Shown: one piece after another, positions 53,355 to 64,000 of the stretch
Layout of the letters: the number at the start of each line of letters is the position of its first letter
Numbering within the stretch: position 1 is the stretch's first letter
Source of the DNA: Chrysomallon squamiferum
Taxonomy: Eukaryota > Animalia > Mollusca
Length of the DNA stretch: 64,000 nt
Assembly: GCA_012295275.1 (NCBI GenBank)
Contig: CM022672.1
Location: 22,010,001 to 22,074,000, forward strand
Direction: 5' to 3'
The notes under the pieces: generated by a model
Told to the model about the DNA's origin: nothing
Seen by the model: the letters and a program-made list of their open reading frames with translations, nothing else
Databases searched by the model: none
Translations under genes and position numbers: made by a program

Positions 53355-54654
53355 CCTTTGTTCTCCATTGTTGATGGCATAAATTGTAAAAATAAAATGT
53401 CTGTATCTATTGTTACTAATTTAAAAAATCATATAATTTTAACAATTGTTTGTACTGGAATATTATATATATTTATGTGTGTACTTTTGGTTCGTTCAAG
53501 AAGTTTGACAGATCTGTAGATGTTACGATATCGTTTTTCGATGGACAAGTTATAACGTCGGTGTTTAGAAATGATTAAAAACATAAATAAATAACAATTT
53601 CCTGCGCGCCGTTAGGACAGAACACGGTCTTATGAAAACCACGGACTTAAAAAGCATCCCATAACCACCAATCAAAACCACTGTTATTTGATTACGAGCC
53701 ATACAACGTAATATGCAATGTCAGTTTTGAAACACTAGGACAAGATACGCATCGGTTAATTCGTCATGAACAGCTTACGGACGTAATGCTGGAGTACGGA
53801 TCGGATAACAACCAACGTATTGATCCTTTACAAACATAAACTAGCCAGAGGAAATTGCCTGCAAACTCTGACCCATATTTTTCAAAAAGTGTTTTGATGT
53901 CAGACAAGCTTTGGCGATTAAAATTCTATGGACGTGCTAGCAATAATCCAAAGCAATTAGCCATAATGCATTCTTGATACAAAGCGCAATGGAAGATCGC
54001 GCTATTTTTGACAAACGGCGACGCGGCCAAGGGAAATGGGCAAAATTATATGGGTCAGATTTTTCGAGGCAGATGTTTCGGCGAATTAGAATCGTTTAGG
54101 TGATTAAAGTGACTGGTGACATCAACGTTTCAAATATTGCCACGGTATTTAAATATGGCGTCACGGCGTTACTTGTCCCATATCGCATTGGAAACCCTCG
54201 TAACATCGGGGCTTGAAGATGGGTGTCGTTTTTCCGTAATGGTGTCAATATTTTGAAGTTGCTTGACCGTGCAAATGAAAATCATAAATAATGTAAAATT
54301 TGGAGTCTACATCGCACTTGGATGTTTAATCAATTTCCTTGTCAGACGAAGAGATGCTGTTACAAGAAGATGTATGGCGACTAACTGTTCGATTTCGTTT
54401 CATGATAATTTAATTTTTCTTCCATATAACTAAGTTACAATGCAAGCACGCCATTCTGGACAAGTAAATTATTTCCACTGGGTTTTGATAACGGCTGTAG
54501 ATCGCGCCGACTTCTTTTGTTGGTTTGGATGTTGTTTCTTAAATTTCAACGATGTCTCTCACTAAATCAGTGTGACATTCCTTTAGATAATGATGATGAT
54601 GATGATAATAATAATAATAATAATAATAATAGCAGCAGCAGCAATAGTAGCAGC

Positions 54655-54693
<39 letters not shown>

Positions 54694-56303
54694 TTTTGTT
54701 GTTTTAGTAACAAGAAAAGAAAGAAGAAGCACCAGAAGGACAAAACGATTTAAAGTACCATATTATCCAACAATATGTCAATATGAATTTAAAAAACTGA
54801 ACACACACACACACATACACGTAACATTAAAAGTAATTATGCACGAACACAAGCTAATATGCATTTATATACCGTCAGAGGTGTTATTCAACTATCATTT
54901 AATCCACTGAGATGACCAAGCCATTCGTTTCATATCGGTCAGGTAACTGTGGCTGTGACCGTTAATAACCCACTACGTTCAATAATGAATGATGCAACGC
55001 TTGTTTAAACGTAATAAATCTGAGGGAAAACGAATTAACCTCTAGGGGGAAAAGTGGTTCCTATTCTGTATTAATACCAAAGCAAACAGACGTTTTCAAT
55101 AACAATCCAGTACAAGGGTTGGTGGAAATTGATCGTACGACGACGGTTACAAAGTACATATATATAATAAATATGTGACAGGCAGTACTGGAAATATTGA
55201 ACCATAATTGACAATCTAGATGAAAAATTCTATTTCAAAGGTACAGTATGAGTATAATTGATTCACTCTTTATATATATATATATATATATATTATGTTT
55301 TATTTCATTGACTCATATTGAAGATAGGGTTCATAAAGATTATATATATATATATATATATATATAATTATTTTATTTTATTATAAGTCGTAAAATTTTA
55401 TTTTTATATAACTGATAAAATGTAGTGAAATTATTTCAGTCAGGTGCTAAATCTTATAAAGTGTAGTAATTATAGAACACTATTTAAAAAATAAAAAATA
55501 ATAAAAATAGAAATTGTAGCAGAATTGTCCGTAGCTAATGCATGCCATTTAGGTAATAAATGATTGAAAAGTACAAAAGTTCCAAATAAAAAAATAAAAA
55601 AATACGTTGAAATGCAATATGTTTAATACTAATATCAGAATACGATCTTTTGTTGTCGTAAGTAAAAAAAAAAACTATTTTGATTGGATAATAAATTTTA
55701 AAAGCAATAACGTCATATTATTATTAACTCTTTTTTTTTTTTTTTTTTTTTGTACTTCTACGCTGTTGTCCAGAATTTTTCATTTTCTACAATTTCACGC
55801 ATTTCCTTAATCCTAAAATGCATTTTCACTACAGGCTTAATAAACACGTTTTATCGTGCTCGATAAGGAAATGAAATAACTGTGTCGTAACGAAGGTAAT
55901 GCAACTGATGCGGTGCAGATCAACCCGCACGTTAAAAAGTGCGTAAGCACGAGCTATGCATGTGAAGCATAAAGCAGTTTCCGGGATTAACTGAATCTAA
56001 ACTCATTTTGACGGGAAGTTAATGATGTTCGATGTTAATGGATATTTTTATCATTATCAGTAATACGCCACCATTAGTTCCACCACCACCACCTCTGCTT
56101 CTGCTGCTACGACAACAAGTTCTAACGTTAATACTGATACTGAAGATTTCGTTATTAAGACAGTTTATTAGAGCTAAAACCACTCCTGCTGTTGTTCTTT
56201 TTATTAACTTCCACTACTACTACTACTGCTGATACTGCTGCTACTATTACTGCTGGTGATGGTGTTTGTTGTTATTTCAACGTAATATAGTTACGCGAGT
56301 TTT

Positions 56304-56413
<110 letters not shown>

Positions 56414-56889
56414 GTGTATTTGTGTATGCATGTGTATGTATGTATGAATATATATGTATGTGTGTATGTGATAATTTGTCTGAATACAAAATTAAGGATT
56501 GTGATAAAATAAATTGGATCTTTCTCTTACTCATATTTAATTTAAAAATCTTGCCATGTGAATACACCGTTATCGATGTGGGCTTTGTTCTCGTTCCGAG
56601 TGTTAGTTTCTATAATGCTTTCTATCGATCTTTCTTTATAATCGCTTGTAATAGAATTTTAATCGGAAATGCGCACGTTTGTTACCTTTGTACCCATAAA
56701 AACATAAAACTGTTAATGCAGCCGTTTTATTTATCTAAACTCAATATTACTTATTAAAGAGGATCATAAAACCAAAAACGTATGAAGTATTGAAATTGGT
56801 GTCGACATTATTTATTGTCGGTTAGACCTTCTCTTGAAATGCATAGTTAACGATACTCATTCAGTTCAATTACGTATTGATATATGTAT

Positions 56890-56939
<50 letters not shown>

Positions 56940-57359
56940 GACCTCTATACAATTTATGCATCATGTTTCTGCATTATTTTTAAACTAAATATCTTCATAC
57001 GTACTGTAATTTATTTTCTTATCTACATATCAGCTTTCCATTTAAAAGAATAATTTATAAATTGTGATTTAAATGAAAATTATGCTGCATAAAATATCCA
57101 AAATAAAGAGATTTCAGTGTTTGTGTGTTACTCTGTACATATGTGTATGTTTATGTGTATGTATTGTATGTCTGTATGTACATAGCCAAGTCCACCATCA
57201 GGTTAAATGGAAAGGAAGGAAATGACTTCAGCCATGACATAACCAAATTCCAGTTATAAATCAATATTTGTAAGAAACATTTTCCTCCGACGATTTTGGA
57301 AAAAAAATTTAAAAAAAAAATAAATATAGCAAAAAATTAAAATAAATAAATAAATAAAA

Positions 57360-57426
<67 letters not shown>

Positions 57427-57683
57427 AATAAAATAAAATAAAAATAATAAATAATATGTAATAAATAAATAAAATGATGAGAAAAATCCACTGAAAACCT
57501 AAGCTTGCGTGAATGAAAGTCATTACTATAACTCTAGCCGCCTGCGGGAGAGTGCGCGCTGCTTTAAGATAAAAAGGGAATACAGAAACTGGTTAGAAAA
57601 GGGTCACGAAACACAGGAAAGAGTGAAAGAACTGTCAAAGAAAGGTCGAGTAAATGAGACAGAAAGAGGGAAGGACTGATTAT

Positions 57684-57754
<71 letters not shown>

Positions 57755-58479
57755 GAGACAAAGTAAAACACGGAGCAGTACGCAATTTGAGAGAAATGAC
57801 GGACAGGGAAAGGAGACGTAGTATGGAAGACAGACAGACAGAGGCAAGCAGACAGGAAGAGCAAAACAGAATTATAAATATGAACGACGTCAGCGCAGAA
57901 CGCGAAGGCCAGCATTTCGCGCCTTCAGGGAAAACCAACAGCAGACGACAGATTAAGAAACAGACGTATAAATGGCATCGGTTCGTTTGCAATCTAGATT
58001 TCCGATGAGCAATTCAAGCAATTCAATGGCAAATGGAGATATTTGACTTTCAAATCGTGGCAGAGGCATCCTGAAACGTCTTAGTATTTTCCAGCGGATA
58101 ATAGATAATGAATACCAATTGAACAAGACGACCGTGCATTTTCTATAAGCAGCAATGCAAATCGGTTGTTTACCACAAGGAACCTAGCCGGTAATAAACG
58201 ACTTCTGCATCAGCTGATAAAAGCTGTATTCATGAAAAATTCTGAAACAAGATGTTACTAATCTGCACGGCCGCGAAAAAAATAGCTTTTCATGCAGACA
58301 CTTATATATGAACGACAAACAGACCGATGGACTCAGAACACGATTGTCCACAGTTATTGTCAAATACCCATACTGTCAGTTCTTTCGTTCTCGTTATTCA
58401 TTCTGCTGCTACTTCTAGGCATAGGCCTGTGTATATCATCGGGTGTGTCTCTGTGTATATGTGTATAAGCGAATGATGG

Positions 58480-58560
58480 GCTGCTGCAACTACTACCACG
58501 GCTATTATTACAATATGCTGCTGCAACTACTACCACGGCTATTATTACAATATGCTGCTG
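58480..58560. repeat. Perfect 37-bp tandem duplication (GCTGCTGCAACTACTACCACGGCTATTATTACAATAT x2)
   Basis: Identical copies at 58480 and 58517. Confidence 0.92.
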
Positions 58561-59251
58561 GTGAATTCAATGTTTGAACTATAGAAAGTTGGAAGCATAT
58601 TAAAATTACAACTCGGGTTAGAAATAATATTTTCTCTAAAAACAAATATTTTTTTTTTTTTAATAAAATGAAAGAAGAAAAAAAAAAAAAAGATAAATAA
58701 ATAAAATAATAATACATTAACATAATAAAGAAAGAAAGAAAGATTGAAAACAAAAACAAATCGAAACAACAACATTTTTTTTATTGTTGTTGAAATGGCT
58801 GATTAGAACGAAACATATACTAATAAATGAAATAAAATTAAAATTAAAGCGCAAAAGTAAAATAAAAATAAAAACAAAAACAAAAATAAAACAACAGCTA
58901 AAAAACCCAGAAAACTGAAAAACAAAAACAAAGCAAAATATAATAATAATAATAATAACAATAATAATAATAATAATAATAAACAGAAAACAAAAAGAAC
59001 AATAACAACACAAAATAAAGCTGCACTATTACGTAGCTGACCTAAATAATGTTTGCTAATTTTAAAATATTGGAGTTGTCGGAATGTAATGAAATTAGTA
59101 ACATTTCACTAAAGGTCAGTCGAGCTGAATTACGTGCAAGTGACTACAAGTTCAGAAAAAACTACAGGGACATTACAGGTCAGAGAAGACGTTGTTTTCA
59201 TTACTGAAAAATAAAAACAACAAAAACAAAAAATAATAATAATAATAATAA

Positions 59252-59282
<31 letters not shown>

Positions 59283-59517
59283 AAGAAGAAGAAGAAGAAG
59301 AAGAAAAGAATTAATAAAGGAAGAAAGAAGGAAAAAATAAAATAAAATAAAATAAAACGATAATTCTGCCGTGCTGGACATCTGTTGCAATATACTGTAT
59401 GCAAAAAAAAAAATAAAACACTTTTAAATTACCAATGGTTGTATTAAAAGAAAAGAACTGTATAGACTGTACCCGATACATACATATTTGTATGTCACTT
59501 TGAGTGCGTATGTGTGT

Positions 59518-59557
<40 letters not shown>

Positions 59558-59840
59558 CAAATTCCATTTAATAACCAAAAACAATTACAGTTAAATACAA
59601 GTATTTAGAAATCAATTTATCTGTCGTGTTTAATATGAATTTAATTTACTTGGACGCCAACCTTAGTTTTACAGCTGGTAACAAATGAGTATTAATAAAA
59701 TTGGGCTAATGCAATTTTACTGATTTTCTCTAATGGTTTATACGCATACATACAAATACATTTAAAATGATAACTACATTTTATGTTATATTTCACTTTC
59801 TTTTCCTTTTTTCTTCTTTATGGCACGGGTTAGTTTTATC

Positions 59841-59967
<127 letters not shown>

Positions 59968-60164
59968 TTTATTATCTGCAATTTTTATTTTACCTATTTA
60001 CGGTATTTATTTGAATCGTGTTTTATCGACATTTTCTTTGAAAATAATTAATGTTAGCAACTATTCTTTAAATCAATAACAAACATACAAATAAATAAAT
60101 AAATAAATAAATAAATTTCTGCACTAAATTCAGCATATAAAGAAACAGGCGTGAAAAATTAATC

Positions 60165-60201
<37 letters not shown>

Positions 60202-63200
60202 CACGGAATTTATTTTCGTCTGACAGAAAGTATTAAATTGATAGAGCTGTATTATTTATTTTTTTCTTTTACTGTCAGTATCAAACAAGAGACTCAGAGC
60301 TTAATATTATTCGTCCCCCCCACCCCGTTGTCAGCTCTAAACTTTAATATTATGGTATTTCTTTTTTCCATTTGTCAAATGACTGTCGCTTTGCTCATAA
60401 ATATTAGCAGCTTACTATTTTGAAAAGCTAGGATAAAAGGTAGAATTTATTGATTAGCCTTTTTTTTTTTTTTTTTTTTTAATTTATTATTTTGACATGT
60501 AACAAAATATAAAGAAAAAAAAAAAGGACAATCAGTTTTAATCATCCATGCAAATATTTTGTTCTTAGTGCGTAGTTCCCTTTGTTTGCACGTAAAGACT
60601 TTAAAAAAAAAAAAAAAAAAAATATCAATAACAAATACACACGTGTTTTACAAGGCAGAATATTGACCTCGTGTTATTATTATTATTATATTTCTTTTTG
60701 TGAAATATATTTTCCATCAAGTATTGATTTGCTTTCAAAGACGCTTACTGGGATGGTTGTTAAACGGATTATAACATTGCATGAACAAGTACTTGATATT
60801 CTTCATGCCCGGGTTGCCATGCGGCCATTGTTAAACCATAACAACAGCAACGAACGTAATAATAATAACATCACAACAACAACAACAACAACACCAATAA
60901 CAGCATAGCTAGAAATAGAAGAAGTAGTAGTAGTAGCAGCAGCAGTAGGCCTAGTATTAATTATAGTATTAGCACTAGCAGTGTTAGTAATAGAAGACTT
61001 AGTTACTGTAATAATAGTGATGATTTTGGCACGAGCAGAAGTATAGTAACAGTGATAAACAAATAATCACAGAAAATAAATAAACATCAATCGTTCACAT
61101 TCATCTTCTTTAGCAATTTTTTGTCTTTCTTTCTTTTCTTATTTTTAAAAAACTTTCTTCTTCTTCTTTCTATCTACTGTATTTTTTTTTTTTTATTTTT
61201 TTTTTTGTGAAATTTATTCCTAGGAACCATGTCCGTATTCAATAATGATTTCAAACATTAACCCCCCCAAAAAAAAAATATCGAACACTATGCTAACCCA
61301 GATTAAGTATTTGGCGCATGGATATCGATTTTAATAAATCCCAAAGTAAAATCGGAATGAACTTCATAAAAAAAAAAAAAAGGCCAAAAAAAAAAAAACA
61401 AGAAGAAAAATAAAAATAAAAAAACATCCGAAAAGAATTCAACCGTGTACTGCAACTATTATAATGACAGATGTGCAGAATGTTCAAAAGTGTTTTAATC
61501 GTATTCCCTATCAAAGCGTTCGAACAGAAGAACTATGCACTGAGACTGACTGATTCAGATCCCTTTCCAAACTGCGGATGAATAACAGCGGCGGTGTGGT
61601 GCGGTTCGCGTCGTCTAATAGTTTCTAATGAGAAACCTGTTATCGGTTTACTCTTAATACCGACAGGGACAAGCGTTTTGTACATTCTAATTTGACCTGT
61701 CACGTATTAATGGGCTGCAAGGAAACTATATTAGTTTCATCTCGTTCAGGGGAAGAACTGACCCGCGAAAAGACGCAGAATGTATGTGGGTGTAACTTCA
61801 GGTCCCGTGTTTTCGTTTCACTATGAAAATCAATAAGCACTTTTGACGAAAAAATGGATTTTCGAGGATAATAAACTAGCAGAAATGGGGTGTTACAAAC
61901 TGCATTAAATATTAAAATCAACTGTATGTAGGCGTTTAATATATAAATTAAAAATATCCGAAATGGATGTTATGAAAATATTATTCAGTAGTTCAAGAAA
62001 ACAGACTGAACCATAAATTATTGTTAACTTCATTATTTCTGTTATTTACATTAACAACAACAACAATAATAAATAAAGTGACACTGTCTAACTGAATAGT
62101 GGTTGGAGCATGACCTTTAGTTAAGGGAATATATCTTCATAATATACTAAACATTTTGGCATTTGACATACGTTCCTAATTAATGGTAATCCTGTGACCT
62201 TTTTATGTGAAATCCTATGCGTCGTTATTCATTTTAATTTAGCAACGGGAGTTTTTTATTGTTTTTTTTCAAAATCAGCTACGTAATACAGTGGGGTCAC
62301 TGAATGGATGGATATCGATTTAATTTTAAAATTTACGTTCTAAAGCATGCAGCCCTTTATTAACACTATTCAAAAATACAATGCCATAATACATAGAACA
62401 GAAAACCCTTTTTCTCAATTTTTTATAAAATAAATATACATAAATAAATTACTGAAATGTTTTCACTGGTCATTTCTTTCGCTTTGACTCTTCTCTCTGT
62501 ATATTTATATATGCTTTGATTTTGTTAATGGATTCGTTTTTATACACATTGTAGCAGCTCATCAAAAGAAGATGAAGAATTAAAAATGGCGTCGATTGAG
62601 AATAAATATTCGTGCACTTGATCATACCATAATTAAGTGCCTTGTTGGGTTATTGTTTGTACAGTTGTTTTGTTTCTGTTTCATGTATTGGTCTGTTAAT
62701 TGGTTTTTTTGTTGTGTTTTATTTGCATACTTCTCTATCCATGAAACGTTCTGATGAGAGATGCCATCATGACGCAAACTGTAACACGATGTTTGGTTGT
62801 TGCTGTTGTTTTGAAGTTTGTTTTTCTCTTCTTTTTTTTTCTCTTTTTTTTTTAATATATCTGTTATTATACATTTTATTTTATTTATTGTTTTGTTTTT
62901 TGTGTGATAAAATAAAAAAATTATAAAAAAAAACAACCTAAAACATTGACATGATGTTAAAAGAATTAAGCAAGGAGGGTAAAACTAGCTTCATATTTGT
63001 ACTTACGTAAACATACAAACATTTATATATAAAAATACATAAACAAAATACATACATACACATATGCACATTCCAGTATACACACATACACATACATATC
63101 TATGTTGTGCACTTTTCTATGTCCACATCCAAACATATGATAATAACATATTCACAATCACCATAGGCACACACACACACACACACACACAGTCACACAC

Positions 63201-63867
63201 ACACGCACACACACACATTCACATTCACATCCAGTGACACACACAAGTCCTACATTTGCTTCAAATTTTTATAAGAATCGATACATCAATACAAATAGAA
63301 CAAATATCATAACCGCAAGTGGGCATTTTATGACGAGCCTTGGTATCAAAAGACCACACGGCAATGAAAGAATTAGGAGTAATTTGATAGAACGTATTAT
63401 TAACAGGTTGTTTCACTTAACCGGAGGTCCATTGACTGTCGATCGATCCCCAGCATAATGTTAACAGTAATAACACATGGGTGTGTCACACTCGTTTTCT
63501 CGTGTTTACAACACGCTTCTGCAACATCTGGTGACGAAAACGCCAGCTTTTCAATGGGCAGAGCACCGAAATGTTACAGTGAATGACAGATGACGACAGC
63601 GCGTGCTTGCTGAATTGTCAACTACGTCTACAGCAAAACTAGCACAACAGTGCCGCTGTCCATCATAATAAATCATACATTTGGTAAACAGAATTTCTGC
63701 ACGTCGCAGTGACGTATAAGGGGATAATTAAATATTCCAACTGTTATTGTTATTACTGTTAAATCGATAAAATAATCAGTAAAAAGAAAAAAATTCAAAG
63801 ATATTAAAATAGCAGTGTATAATAACAGTATCTTACAATCCACCCAACAACAGGCATTCTCTCTCTC

Positions 63868-63904
<37 letters not shown>

Positions 63905-64000
63905 CTCTCTTTATCGCTCTCTCTCTCTCTCTCTCTCTCCCTCCCTCCCTGCTTCCCTCTATCTCTCCCTCTTTTTCACATGTACAAAACACACACACAC

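Overview
AT-rich, microsatellite-dense animal genomic DNA, probably molluscan (inferred from similarity of the II-III linker to gastropod Cav2, from memory). The window lies entirely within one minus-strand gene: a Cav2 (N/P/Q-type; cacophony/unc-2/CACNA1A-B-E family) voltage-gated calcium channel alpha1 subunit. I reconstructed 30 exon segments by hand, with phase-consistent splice junctions, from IS1 (46270) to the III-IV linker (window edge at 1). The pore-loop glutamates of domains I-III (TMEGW, TGEDW, TGEGW) and the beta-subunit AID motif are intact. The upstream N-terminal exon(s) lie beyond 64000 and domain IV plus the C-terminus lie beyond position 1. Main points: (1) a mutually exclusive pair of IS3-S4 voltage-sensor exons, one of which neutralises the outermost gating arginine and loses an N-glycosylation sequon; (2) two U12 minor-spliceosome introns, one with an AC acceptor and >17.7 kb long; (3) two frame-preserving candidate microexons (15 nt in IIIS3-S4, 24 nt in the II-III linker) with nearby TGCATG elements; (4) a candidate unannotated I-II linker exon; (5) a sharp CpG-depleted to CpG-rich boundary near 48 kb. 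Nearly all ORF-track entries outside these exons are microsatellite artefacts.
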